Made by a program: the position numbers and the translations under genes. The notes beneath the pieces were generated by a model, which saw nothing but the letters and a program-made list of their open reading frames with translations, was not told the DNA's origin and made no database searches. Shown piece after piece: positions 27,432 through 36,917 of a DNA stretch of 52,325 nucleotides. Each line of letters starts with the position of its first letter. Within the stretch, counting starts at the first letter, position 1. This DNA comes from a virus. Taxonomy: Duplodnaviria; Caudoviricetes. The DNA lies in the IMG/VR virus record IMGVR_UViG_3300048597_000307, positions 1 to 52,325 of that record; one strand, written 5' to 3'.

Positions 27432-27500
27432 TTTCAATTTGGCTAAAATAATGGTTGACAATTCGCCCGCTTTGGTGGTATTCTGTCAGTATCGTTGAAA
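27432..27500 (+). promoter_or_regulatory. Rightward early promoter bracketed by two operators (genetic switch)
   Basis: TTGACA(27455)-18-TATTCT; operators 27432-27448 and 27484-27500. Confidence 0.75.
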
Positions 27501-27523
27501 TTTGTTCGAGGGGAGGTGATTGC

Positions 27524-27715
27524 ATGGGTCGCAAGAAGATTTATCTGCGTCCGCCGAAGGTCGTCAAGATTCGCGCTGAGGACAAGGACCGCTTGAAGGT
27601 TCTGAGCGGCATGCTGGGCCAACAGCGCCAGCAGGATGTGCCGGAGACGCAGGTCATGACGATGGCGCTGGACGCGCTGGAAGCTCGGTTGTCGGAGGGT
27701 GCGCATGCCGCATGA
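27524..27715 (+). CDS. Small Cro-position DNA-binding protein (RHH-like)
   Basis: GGAGGT RBS; divergent from repressor; VVKIRAEDKDRLK pattern. Confidence 0.65.
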   Translation: MGRKKIYLRPPKVVKIRAEDKDRLKVLSGMLGQQRQQDVPETQVMTMALDALEARLSEGAHAA

Positions 27716-27820
27716 GAGCATGATGTTGTCCTGTGTGAATTCCAGCCACGCTGGAATCTCTGCCCTTGCCTACCTTAAGACTAAAGGTGCCGGGGCGAAT
27801 TGTCAAGACGGGAGCCGAGA

Positions 27821-28621
27821 ATGGCAAAGGGGCGCATGCTCGCACGCAGCATCGCCTACGACCCAGCCTTCAACAAGCTGACCGTCGAGGCGCAACTGCT
27901 GTTCCTGCGTGCCATCCCTCATCTTGACCGGGATGGGTTGGCGCCGGGAGAGCCGGTAGTGCTGTGGGGGCATATCGCTCCGTTGTGCCCGCAGCTGCGC
28001 GACGTGACGGAGCGAGCGATAGGCGAGTGGGTGGCGCAGGGCCTGGTAGAGCGGTATGAGACCGACATGGGTCCGGTGCTCTGGTTCACGGGGTTCAGCC
28101 GCAACCAGGTCGGCATGGTGTACGCCCGGGAGGGGGCCAGCATCTACCCCCCGCCGCCGGGCTGCTGCCGGGAGGCAGACGGGTTGCAGCGCATGGCAAA
28201 CAAGGAGGCGGCGGTGCCCTCAGTTGACCCCCCGCCGTCGGAAGTGAGGGCCGAGCCGGGCAAGTCCGCAGAGCCGCTCAGCCAGACGTTTCAACGCCTG
28301 CTGGACGAACTGCGGGAGACGCCCAACAAGACAGGCAAGCTAGGGGAAATATTCAAGCTCTGCTTCGGCGAGGAGCCGAACTTTGGCAGACTAGGCAAGC
28401 TGGCAAAGCAGGGCGGCGCCGGCCGGTTGGCGCAGGAGTTGTGGCAGTTGTCGGCGGACCGACCAGCCGGTGATGTGCTCGACTATCTGACCAAGCGGCG
28501 GCAGGCGCAGACGAAGAAGAACGGCGCCGCCAACGGCACCCAGGAGCAACATGAACAGCAATCTGAACCCGATTCGGAGTTTCTTGAACGGTTCCGTGCC
28601 GTCCAGCGCAGCGCCACGTGA
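27821..28621 (+). CDS. Phage replication initiator (winged-helix N-terminus)
   Basis: MAKGRML..AQLLF...HLDRDG..F.RNQ pattern; directly before helicase loader. Confidence 0.7.
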   Translation: MAKGRMLARSIAYDPAFNKLTVEAQLLFLRAIPHLDRDGLAPGEPVVLWGHIAPLCPQLRDVTERAIGEWVAQGLVERYETDMGPVLWFTGFSRNQVGMVYAREGASIYPPPPGCCREADGLQRMANKEAAVPSVDPPPSEVRAEPGKSAEPLSQTFQRLLDELRETPNKTGKLGEIFKLCFGEEPNFGRLGKLAKQGGAGRLAQELWQLSADRPAGDVLDYLTKRRQAQTKKNGAANGTQEQHEQQSEPDSEFLERFRAVQRSAT

Positions 28622-29414
28622 GACCGGCTGCGACCTCTGCACCTTCGGTCTGATAGACCCGCCGGCGCTGGCGCACGTCAAGAACCACATCGAGGAGCGA
28701 CTCGACCAGTACCGGGCCGGGCTGCTCGCCTTCTGCACCTGCGACTTCGGACAGCGCCAGGCGGCCTACTATGCCCGCATGGCGAGCGTAGACTATGCCG
28801 CGCAGCTGGCGGCGGAACAGCAGGCACGGCGCGCTGCATGGTTGCAGCGCATCGACGGTCTCAAGCCGCAAGAGCGCACCATCACCTTTGACCGCATCGT
28901 CATCGGCGAGCACAACCAGCGGGCCTATCAGGCGGTGACGCAAGCCGTGGATGCCGGCGTCGGCATCGTGACGCTGACCGGCACCTTTGGCGTCGGCAAG
29001 AGCGCGCTGCTCATGGCAGCCGTCAATGCCGCCCGCGGCAAGGGCACCCCGGCCGTCTACACCACCATCACCGACCTGCTCGACTGGCTGCGGGAAGCCT
29101 TCGACCCGCACCGCGACACCTCGGACGGCCCCGACCTCTCCTTCGACAGCCGCTGGCGGCTGCTGACCACCTGCGACGTCCTGGCCATCGACGAGCTGGA
29201 CGAGTTCAACGCCACACCCTGGGCGACGGAGCGTTTCCTGCGGCTCATCGACGAACGGTGGCGCAGCATGGATGACACCCTCACCCTCTGCGCGCTCAAC
29301 CAGCCGGTCGAGCGCCTGGTGGGCAAGGTGGCGTCACGGCTGCGTGACGGCCGCGCCGTCGTCGTCGAGGTCAAGGGTGCGGACATGCGCCGTTACCAGG
29401 AGCGGGTGCGATGA
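28551..29414 (+). CDS. DnaC/IstB-like ATPase (helicase loader)
   Basis: N-terminal CxxC/CxC; GTFGVGKS; LAIDELD; SRL. Confidence 0.88.
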   Translation: MNSNLNPIRSFLNGSVPSSAAPRETGCDLCTFGLIDPPALAHVKNHIEERLDQYRAGLLAFCTCDFGQRQAAYYARMASVDYAAQLAAEQQARRAAWLQRIDGLKPQERTITFDRIVIGEHNQRAYQAVTQAVDAGVGIVTLTGTFGVGKSALLMAAVNAARGKGTPAVYTTITDLLDWLREAFDPHRDTSDGPDLSFDSRWRLLTTCDVLAIDELDEFNATPWATERFLRLIDERWRSMDDTLTLCALNQPVERLVGKVASRLRDGRAVVVEVKGADMRRYQERVR

Positions 29415-29698
29415 ACGTCTACCGGGAACGCATCGAGCAACTGGCAGAGAGCGGCGCACTGTTCGAGCTGGAGGTGCAGGAGTTGGTTACCTGCGCCGGC
29501 GCCGCCGGGGTGACGGTCTCCCTGGAACGGGTGGACCTGACGGACGGTTCCCGCCACACCTGGACGGCCAACGCCGACGGGACGGTAACGGGCAGGCGGC
29601 CACCGGCACAGGGGGAGAAGGTCGGCCGGGCGCGTCGGGTGCGGCGCGGGGTGGCAGTCGTGGGCGAGTTCAAGTGGGAGGTGCCCAGTGAAGTATAA
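29411..29698 (+). CDS. Hypothetical protein
   Basis: ATGA overlap within operon. Confidence 0.55.
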   Translation: MNVYRERIEQLAESGALFELEVQELVTCAGAAGVTVSLERVDLTDGSRHTWTANADGTVTGRRPPAQGEKVGRARRVRRGVAVVGEFKWEVPSEV

Positions 29699-29957
29699 GC
29701 AGGACCGCAGCCGCCGCAGCGGGCACAAGCACAGCCTCAACATCCAAGATTACGGTGGGCAGAGGCTGGACATGGGGCAGCGGGCGGTGAGCATGTTCGT
29801 CAACATAGCGGGCCTGCTGCCCAAGCCCGAGAGCGATTATTACCGCCTGCTGCCGCCTGGGGCACGCATGGCAATCGATGCCTGCCGGCGGGAGGCTGGT
29901 TTATTGCAGGGAGCAGCGAAGGATGGCAACGACAATCAGGACACTGGCGCAGGATGA
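29688..29957 (+). CDS. Hypothetical protein
   Basis: GGAGGT RBS. Confidence 0.5.
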   Translation: MKYKQDRSRRSGHKHSLNIQDYGGQRLDMGQRAVSMFVNIAGLLPKPESDYYRLLPPGARMAIDACRREAGLLQGAAKDGNDNQDTGAG

Positions 29958-30135
29958 CCCAATCCTGGCGCTATTTGCAGCGGTCATCAGGCAAGCGCTG
30001 CGCGACGCCTGCAAAGGCAGTGCGACGCAGCGAGAAGATGCCCGGCGCTTTCTCAGCGAAGTCCAACGTGACCTCGGCAATCCCAAGGTCACATTCCTAC
30101 AGGAGCAACAGAGTAATGAAACTCGCCGCATTTGA
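29923..30135 (+). CDS. Hypothetical protein
   Basis: LFAAVIRQALRDA motif seen in small phage proteins. Confidence 0.5.
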   Translation: MATTIRTLAQDDPILALFAAVIRQALRDACKGSATQREDARRFLSEVQRDLGNPKVTFLQEQQSNETRRI

Positions 30136-30850
30136 CATTGAAATCGCCAAGCAACTGCCCGCAGGCTGCGAGAACTGGCTTGAGCACGCGCCACTCGGCA
30201 TTACCTGTGCGGCCATCGCCTACCGTGACGCCGCCGGGACACTGGTCACGACGGTGCATTATACCGATACGCAGTTTTGGGCGACCGACGCCGTCAGCTT
30301 CCTGGCCCATCTCTACCAGTTGCGCGAGGAGGGCTATACCCTCTTGAGCTGGAACGGCTGCGGCTTCGACCTCCAGGTGCTGGCGCAAGAGAGCGGCTTC
30401 TACCACCTCTGCGGCGACTTGGCACTCAAGCATGTGGACCTGATGCTGGAAGTGTTCTGCCGGCAGGGGCACTATCTGGCGCTGGACAAGGCGCTGGCCG
30501 GCGCCGGGCTCAAGAGCAAGCTGCATGACGTCACCCTCAAAGACGGCACGGCCGTGAACGACATGAGCGGGGCGGCGGCGCCGCAGTTGTGGGCGGCCGG
30601 TGAGCACGAAGCCGTGCTGGCCTATCTGCGCCGGGATGTGGAGGGCCTGCTGGAACTGGCGGAGTGGGTGCTCGCCAACGGCTGCATCCAGTGGACCAGC
30701 ACCAGCGGCAAACGGCAGCAGGTGCCGGTGCTGAAGCTGTCGCCGGTGGCGCAGTTGTTTGCGCTGCCCGAGCCGGATACCTCCTGGATGCAGAACCCCA
30801 AGCCGCGCACGCAGTTCACGGCCTGGATTCCGATGGGGGTGAAACTGTGA
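30116..30850 (+). CDS. RNase H-like 3'-5' exonuclease domain protein
   Basis: AFDIE, SWNGCGFD, HVDLM, YLRRDV (Exo I-III-like motifs). Confidence 0.85.
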   Translation: MKLAAFDIEIAKQLPAGCENWLEHAPLGITCAAIAYRDAAGTLVTTVHYTDTQFWATDAVSFLAHLYQLREEGYTLLSWNGCGFDLQVLAQESGFYHLCGDLALKHVDLMLEVFCRQGHYLALDKALAGAGLKSKLHDVTLKDGTAVNDMSGAAAPQLWAAGEHEAVLAYLRRDVEGLLELAEWVLANGCIQWTSTSGKRQQVPVLKLSPVAQLFALPEPDTSWMQNPKPRTQFTAWIPMGVKL

Positions 30851-31608
30851 TTGTCACCGTCACTTCCCAAAAGGGCGGCGTCGGCAAGACCACGACGGCC
30901 GTCAACCTCGCCGCCGGTCTGGCGCGCGACAACATTGCGACGCTGCTGGTAGACCTGGACCCCCAGGGGCATGACGCCGTCTCCCTGGGCTGCGACCGCG
31001 AAAGCGGCTTGTTCAACTGGCTGGTAGGCGAACAGCCGCTGGTCAACTGCGTGCGCATCATGACCGAGGTCAGGACCAAGCGCCTGGACCAGCTCTGGCT
31101 GCTGCCCTCGGACAGCCGCACCAAGACGCTGGAAGCGGTCTTTCGCAGCGAAGCCGACGGCCCCGCTCGGGTGCGCGCTGGGCTGCAGGGCCTGCGGGCG
31201 CACTATCCCGCCGTCGTCTTCGACACTTCCGCAACGGGGCTGCTGCAAGAGACGGCGCTGGCCGTGGCCGACATCGTCGTCATGCCGACGCGCACCGAGG
31301 CGCTGGCCGTGGACGGCATCGAGAAGAATCTCGCCACGCTGCACAAGCTGCGCCCCAACTTCGGCAATTACTGCATCCTGCCCGTCGCCTATGACGAGCG
31401 GCTGCGGGAGCACCGCTACCAGTTGGGCCAGCTCCGCAGCTCGTATGCCGGCGCCGTGCTCCCCCCGGTGCCCGCCAGGACGGCGGTCGCCGAGGCGCAA
31501 GCCTACGGCCAAACCATCTGGGAGTACAGCCGGGACGGCATGGCGGAAGTGACCGCTGCCTACACCAACCTTGTCCGTCTGGTCAGGGGGGAACTATGCA
31601 ACGGGTAG
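30847..31608 (+). CDS. parA: ParA family ATPase
   Basis: QKGGVGKTT, VDLDPQG, FDT, AEAQAYGQTI. Confidence 0.92.
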   Translation: MIVTVTSQKGGVGKTTTAVNLAAGLARDNIATLLVDLDPQGHDAVSLGCDRESGLFNWLVGEQPLVNCVRIMTEVRTKRLDQLWLLPSDSRTKTLEAVFRSEADGPARVRAGLQGLRAHYPAVVFDTSATGLLQETALAVADIVVMPTRTEALAVDGIEKNLATLHKLRPNFGNYCILPVAYDERLREHRYQLGQLRSSYAGAVLPPVPARTAVAEAQAYGQTIWEYSRDGMAEVTAAYTNLVRLVRGELCNG

Positions 31609-32981
31609 TGCGCAAGTCAACCGAAGACGTCACCCTGGCGGCTGACGTCGTGCGGCCGGGGGTGGAGCTCCTGAGCCTGCGCAATCTGCGCCTGGACGGC
31701 GGCACCCAGAAGCGCAAGACAGCAGCCGACTTTGTGCCGCCCTATCCCGGCGTGACCGACCTCGACACCCTGCACGAATACGCCGCCCTCATGGTGCAGG
31801 CGGGCGGCTGGGGGCCATTCCCGCCCGTCGATGCCGTCGAAGACGAGGAGCGCAATGTCTGGGTCTGGGACGGCTTTCACCGGCTGGGGGCACTGGCCGA
31901 GGCGCTGCGTCTCAGCAGCAACATCCCCGACACCGTCCTGGTCAAGGTGGCGTCGGGCAGCCGCCGCGACGCTGTCAGGCTGGCCTGCGGCGCCAACGCC
32001 CAGCATGGCCTGCGCCGCACCAACGCCGACAAGCGCAACAGCGTAACCACGTTTCTGCTTGACCCAGAATGGTCGCAGTATTCGGACCGCGAGATTGCGC
32101 GCGAGTGCAAAGTCAGCGACCGCATGGTCAACCAGGTGCGCGCCGAGCTTGAAGCGACTGCGAAAATTCGCAGTCAAACCGAGCGCCGAGGCGCAGACGG
32201 CCGGGTTATCAACGTCGCGCCCATCGGCGGCAAGGTGCGCTACGTGCCGGCGCACGAAGACCTCCCGCCTGCCGACGACTTCCCCGTGCGGCAGGTGGAG
32301 GACGGCAACGTCGTCCAGTCGAGCGCCCCGGCCTCGCGCGTGACCATGCCCGCGCTGGGCGTCTGCTCCGTCTGCCACCGGCCGCTCAGCGACCCCGAGC
32401 ATGCCGCCAACGGCTGCGGTCCGGTCTGTGCCGCCAAGAAGGCGACGGCCGCCGCCGAAGCGCAGCCCGAACTGCCGGTGTCGCTGCGACCCGACTACGA
32501 CGGCGACGAGTGGTATACGCCCCGGCGCTACATCGAACTGGCGGAACAGGCAATGGGCGGCATCGACCTCGACCCATGCAGCACCGCGGCGGCGCAGACG
32601 GTCATCGCCGCGGGCATGTTCTACGACAAAGCGCGCGACGGTCTGGTGCACATGTGGCACGGCCGGGTGTGGCTGAACCCTCCCTACTCGGACCCGGCGC
32701 CGTGGGTGCGGAAGCTGCTCACGGCCTACAACCTGGGCAACGTGACGGCGGCGGTGGTGCTGGTCAACAACGCCACCGAGACGGGGTGGTTTCAGTCGCT
32801 GCTGCGGCGTTTTCCGGCGTGCTTCCTCAGCGTCCGTATCGCCTACTGGCGGCCGGGCTATGCAGAAGACACCCTCGCCCGCCAAGGTCAGACGGTGTTC
32901 TACCTGGGGCCGAACGAAGACGCCTTCTGGCAAGCATGGAACGGCGTCGGCATTGTCGTCAAGAATCTGGCGGACCTATGA
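31596..32981 (+). CDS. ParB/Srx domain + HTH + Zn ribbon + phage Dam-type N6-adenine methyltransferase fusion
   Basis: WDGFHR, ANAQHGL, SDREIARECKVS, CSVCHRPL..GPVC, DEWYTP, DLDPCS, WLNPPYS. Confidence 0.85.
   Translation: MQRVVRKSTEDVTLAADVVRPGVELLSLRNLRLDGGTQKRKTAADFVPPYPGVTDLDTLHEYAALMVQAGGWGPFPPVDAVEDEERNVWVWDGFHRLGALAEALRLSSNIPDTVLVKVASGSRRDAVRLACGANAQHGLRRTNADKRNSVTTFLLDPEWSQYSDREIARECKVSDRMVNQVRAELEATAKIRSQTERRGADGRVINVAPIGGKVRYVPAHEDLPPADDFPVRQVEDGNVVQSSAPASRVTMPALGVCSVCHRPLSDPEHAANGCGPVCAAKKATAAAEAQPELPVSLRPDYDGDEWYTPRRYIELAEQAMGGIDLDPCSTAAAQTVIAAGMFYDKARDGLVHMWHGRVWLNPPYSDPAPWVRKLLTAYNLGNVTAAVVLVNNATETGWFQSLLRRFPACFLSVRIAYWRPGYAEDTLARQGQTVFYLGPNEDAFWQAWNGVGIVVKNLADL
32156..32175. 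repeat. Dispersed palindrome copy 3, inside the ParB-MTase gene
   Basis: GACTGCGAAAATTCGCAGTC, just downstream of the HTH codons. Confidence 0.9.
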
Positions 32982-33445
32982 CCATCGCCTACAACTTTCA
33001 GCAGCAACTCAGCGAGGGGCAGAAGGGCGAGCGGTTCCTGGACGAGTTCTTCCGTCCGGACTACGCCATCACGCCGGCGACGCCGCAGGAGCAGCGGCAG
33101 GGCATCGACCGCATCTTCACGCATCGCCGCACCAGGCGGCGGCTGAAAGTGGAGTACAAGACCGACAGCTGGTCCGGGCGGACGGGCAATGCGTTTGTGG
33201 AGACGGTGAGCGTCGATACTGCCGGCAAGGCGGGCTGGGCGCTCACGTCGCAGGCGGACTTCCTGGTCTACTACGTGCCGGACCCGGCGACCATCTACAT
33301 CGTAAAGATGGCGGCTCTGCGGCGCCAGCTCGCCGCCTGGCAGACAAAGTACGTTAGCCGCACTGTGCAAAACGACAACTATCAAACAACCGGCCTGCTC
33401 GTACCGCTGGACGAGTTCGAGCGGCTGGCAACGGAGGTGTACTGA
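32978..33445 (+). CDS. PD-(D/E)xK nuclease-fold protein
   Basis: EGQKGE..GID..VEYKTD..TGNAFVE..GW..ADFLVY; ATGA coupling to the MTase fusion. Confidence 0.7.
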   Translation: MTIAYNFQQQLSEGQKGERFLDEFFRPDYAITPATPQEQRQGIDRIFTHRRTRRRLKVEYKTDSWSGRTGNAFVETVSVDTAGKAGWALTSQADFLVYYVPDPATIYIVKMAALRRQLAAWQTKYVSRTVQNDNYQTTGLLVPLDEFERLATEVY

Positions 33446-33633
33446 TGGAAGTAAATCCCGCACTCGGCAAAGACCGCGTTGCCCCGCAGGTGCTCCCGCT
33501 GCTGGAAGCAGTGCGCCGCACCCCGCCCGGCATCTATATGTGCATGCCTATCTCACGGGCGCAGGCGATTGTCATTCTGGAATACATTCACGAACTGGAG
33601 GAGCAGCATGCTCGCCAATCTTCCCAGAGTTGA
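33445..33633 (+). CDS. Hypothetical protein
   Basis: GGAGGT RBS; TGATG coupling. Confidence 0.55.
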   Translation: MEVNPALGKDRVAPQVLPLLEAVRRTPPGIYMCMPISRAQAIVILEYIHELEEQHARQSSQS

Positions 33634-33841
33634 AACGCCCGTACCCGGCAGCGACGATGCACTCGCTTGCGGCTGTACTTGTCCCATCGTGCTCAACCGG
33701 CACGGCGAAGGCATTGGCCAGGTCGGCACTGAGCCCTGCTTTTGGTACTGGCTCGACCATCGCTGTCTGGTGCACGGGCACCTGACCGGCCAACCGGCCG
33801 CCGCCCGGCTCGACCATTACATCGCCCGCCCGCTGTATTGA
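33608..33841 (+). CDS. Small Cys/His protein
   Basis: PGSDDALACGCTCP..CLVHG; GGAGGAG RBS. Confidence 0.6.
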   Translation: MLANLPRVETPVPGSDDALACGCTCPIVLNRHGEGIGQVGTEPCFWYWLDHRCLVHGHLTGQPAAARLDHYIARPLY

Positions 33842-33859
33842 CGTCACACTCACCCGCCT

Positions 33860-35617
33860 ATGAAATACTTCTGGTTCGGCTTCTGGCTCTTCTTGACCTT
33901 CCTGGTGGTAGCGGCTGCCGCCGTGCGGCCGGAGACCATCGACGGCATCCTGTTCTACACAGGCGCCTACCTGGTCGTTGTCGGCTGGGTGGTCGTCATC
34001 CTGGTTGCCATCGTGCCCGTTGCGCTGGTTATCGGCGGCGGCGTGCTGTTGTGGTCCTGGGTGCGGAAGGTGCGCACGGAACATCTGCGCCAGCGGGACG
34101 GCAGCTTTGCGCTGCAGCAGCTCAACCCGAAAAAGCCGGCCGTCTTCTACGACCCCAACCAGCAGGTTGGTTCGGCGGCGGCCTGGGTGCCGGGCACGGG
34201 CTGGGTGGAGTACGATGGCGGGGCCGGGTGGGACAACCAGCGGCAAATCGCCGCGCAGCGGTCGCTGGTGGCACGCGTCCAGGCGGCGGCTCCCGGCGAC
34301 CGGGCGCTCGGCGACATGGCTCGCGAACTGAAGCACAGCGACGGCGTCGGCGGCTGGCTCAAAGGTATGCGGGCCGTCGACGCGCGCTGGGCCGAGCGGA
34401 CGCCAAAGGGCTGGGGCGATGAGAAGCCGCCCAAGCCCGTACTGCAGCCGCCGCAGCAGCTCCCGCCGCCCCCGCTTGAACCTGCCGTTCCGTCGCAGCT
34501 CCCGCCGCCGACTATCGGCGAGCTGGTGCAGGCGTCGCAGGCGACCCGCATCGCCTTTGGCCGCCAGCCGGAGACCGGCGACCTGGCTGTCTGGGACCTG
34601 CTTGAGACACCGCACCTGCGGCTGCACGGCGGCACGCAGAAGGGCAAGACGTCGGCGGCTATCGCCGTCGTGGCAGGGATGCTGGTAAGCGGAACGCAGG
34701 TCGTCGTGCTCAATCCCAAGGCGGGCAACTGGCAGATGCTGCAAGAGTACGCCGAAGTGGCCGACGTGCGCCGGCCGGAGGCGTTCGCCGCGGCGCTGCG
34801 CCTGGTGCATGCCGAGTTTACGCGCCGGGATGCGCTATTGGCGGCGCAGAAGGCGAAGGACATCCTCGCACTCAGCCGGGCCGTGCGCCCGCCGCGGCTG
34901 GCCGTGGTCGTCGAGGAGTACGGCGCGCAGCGGTATCGAGCGCAGGCGGCAGGGACGCTGCCCGAGGTGGACAAGCTCATGAGCGAGCTCGCGTCGGAAG
35001 CAGCCGCCAGCGGCATCCACCTGATTGCCATCGACCAGCGGCCCACGAACTATGACCCGTTCGTCAAGGCCAACCTCGGCGCCGTGGCAGTGTTCAACCT
35101 GCCCGACGATGGCGCCGGCAAGGCGTCGGGGTATGCGCGGGCCCACAAGTTGCCGCAGTATCACTTCTGGTATGACGGCGACGTCTACCGTTCCGCCGAC
35201 GCCACCGGCATCGAGGCGCTGCTGCGCCGGGCGCTGCCGCCGCAGTATCCGCCGGTGCTGGTAGCCCCTCCGCCTGTTCCTCAGCCTGTTCTCAGCGCAG
35301 TGTTCGCGGGTGTTCCCCCAGAGGTAGACGTGTCACAGGACGACGTCGCGAACACTGCGAACGCGGCCGACCTGGGCAAGTGGTACGAGTTCATTATCGA
35401 CTACATGGCGCGCTCTGACGGCCGGGAATTGTGGCAGACGCCGCCGCGGGGAGTGCGCCAACTGGCCCGGGCCATGAGTGTTGCTGAGACCGGCCGCGAG
35501 GACAATGAAGACAGCTATGTCGGCATTGCCAGCCGGGTAACGAAGCGCATCCGGGAAGAGGCGAGATTGTCTAACGGCAGTCAGCTCGGCGTGGATGTAA
35601 CGCTGCAAGGGGAATAG
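33860..35617 (+). CDS. Membrane-anchored FtsK/SpoIIIE-like ATPase
   Basis: N-terminal TM helices, Pro linker, PHLRLHGGTQKGKT, VVVEEY, IDQRP. Confidence 0.78.
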   Translation: MKYFWFGFWLFLTFLVVAAAAVRPETIDGILFYTGAYLVVVGWVVVILVAIVPVALVIGGGVLLWSWVRKVRTEHLRQRDGSFALQQLNPKKPAVFYDPNQQVGSAAAWVPGTGWVEYDGGAGWDNQRQIAAQRSLVARVQAAAPGDRALGDMARELKHSDGVGGWLKGMRAVDARWAERTPKGWGDEKPPKPVLQPPQQLPPPPLEPAVPSQLPPPTIGELVQASQATRIAFGRQPETGDLAVWDLLETPHLRLHGGTQKGKTSAAIAVVAGMLVSGTQVVVLNPKAGNWQMLQEYAEVADVRRPEAFAAALRLVHAEFTRRDALLAAQKAKDILALSRAVRPPRLAVVVEEYGAQRYRAQAAGTLPEVDKLMSELASEAAASGIHLIAIDQRPTNYDPFVKANLGAVAVFNLPDDGAGKASGYARAHKLPQYHFWYDGDVYRSADATGIEALLRRALPPQYPPVLVAPPPVPQPVLSAVFAGVPPEVDVSQDDVANTANAADLGKWYEFIIDYMARSDGRELWQTPPRGVRQLARAMSVAETGREDNEDSYVGIASRVTKRIREEARLSNGSQLGVDVTLQGE

Positions 35618-35865
35618 AAAAGGACGGCTGCTCCCCCGAAGCCGCGCCGGCCGCCACAGTCGAGATCCATTTGACGGTCACCGACAACACGCTCAAAAAC
35701 TCGGAGGCCCCGCGTGAGCACAGTGGGCGCTAGGTGAGGACGACGGGCGCGGGTAGAGGGGAAAGAGACCCGGCTCCGTGTGGGGCCGGGTTATCGTCGG
35801 GCGAGTGGGCGGTTATCGCTCGGACAATACAGTTCGAACGACAAGGCTGATTATTGCCGGAACGG

Positions 35866-36249
35866 TTACTCCGCCTTGTATCGCCACACCGGGAGCGTGT
35901 CCGGCCAATCACCCGTTACATCTTCCTGCCAGTCAGGATCGCTCTTTGCATAATCCAGCGATACAAATTCAAAGTCGGCGATGCTGCTGCTATAGTCGCG
36001 GGGGTCATCACCGAGTTGCGCCGCCAACTCAGAATACTGCTCAAAGCTCAGTCCGGTATCATATCCGCTTTCGAGGAGGACTACTGTGCGCTGCGCGGTT
36101 GCGGTTGTCATGGCTGCAATCTCCTGTTGGTAAATGCGGTCAATAACGACGGTTAATGTTTCAGTCTGACTGGTGCCCCAACTCTGCATCAGGGCGTCCA
36201 ACTGGCGGGCGGTCAAGTCGCTGGCCCGAAAATTGATTTGCTGTTTCAT
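35866..36249 (-). CDS. RHH-like N-terminus plus acidic domain
   Basis: MKQQINFRASDLTARQLDAL..SQTE; internal AGGAG+ATG suggests a second start. Confidence 0.6.
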   Translation of the reverse strand: MKQQINFRASDLTARQLDALMQSWGTSQTETLTVVIDRIYQQEIAAMTTATAQRTVVLLESGYDTGLSFEQYSELAAQLGDDPRDYSSSIADFEFVSLDYAKSDPDWQEDVTGDWPDTLPVWRYKAE

Positions 36250-36258
36250 GGTTGCCCC

Positions 36259-36735
36259 TTAGCGGTTGATGATGATGACTTCGCGTGCGCACTCCAACCC
36301 CAGACCGTTGCGCCATGTGCAGAGTACGTCATTGCGGGTCACGGTGCGCTCGACAACCGCGCCGCCGTTGCGCTGTGCGTAGAACTCCGCAATCTCTCGC
36401 TCCGTGGTCCACGACTCAAGCGGCGCGCCCTCGTTGCCTGTGCCCCGGTAGACCGTTACCGTTTCGATGCTCTCCCGGTTGCGCAGCCACCGCAGCAGCG
36501 CCTGGGCGTCGGCTGTGTCGGTGATGTACGGGTTGGCGTTCATCCAGACCGGCAAGGCGCAACCGAACTCAGCACAAGCGGCCATCTGCATGATGATGGA
36601 GCCGCCATCGCTTACCCATCCGCCGAACACGGTTTCGACAAACTCAGGGTCCATTTCCAGTTCTGCCGCCGCTTCGCTAACTAGGCCGGTCAGTCTTTCC
36701 ATTTCCTGCATTTCGTTCATGTTTAGAGTATTCAT
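36259..36735 (-). CDS. Hypothetical protein with ADP-ribosyltransferase-like motifs
   Basis: VYRG...ESWTT..IAEFYA...EVII. Confidence 0.5.
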   Translation of the reverse strand: MNTLNMNEMQEMERLTGLVSEAAAELEMDPEFVETVFGGWVSDGGSIIMQMAACAEFGCALPVWMNANPYITDTADAQALLRWLRNRESIETVTVYRGTGNEGAPLESWTTEREIAEFYAQRNGGAVVERTVTRNDVLCTWRNGLGLECAREVIIINR

Positions 36736-36769
36736 CGTTCGCTCCGTTTGTTGCTGCCTTATGTATCTT

Positions 36770-36797
36770 AGTATAGCATATTGCTATACAATGTCAA
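36770..36797 (-). promoter_or_regulatory. Sigma-70 promoter with palindromic operator
   Basis: TTGACA-16-TATACT; GTATAGCA-tat-TGCTATAC at 36771-36789. Confidence 0.8.
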
Positions 36798-36917
36798 CCC
36801 CCTAAAATGACAAGTTTCAAAACTCGTTCCGCCGCCGTGCGCGGCAACAAAAGCGCCCCAGCTTGGCGGCCGGGGCGGGGCGGGTCAGTGGGGATAATCC
36901 CCCTTACCTGAACAGGG

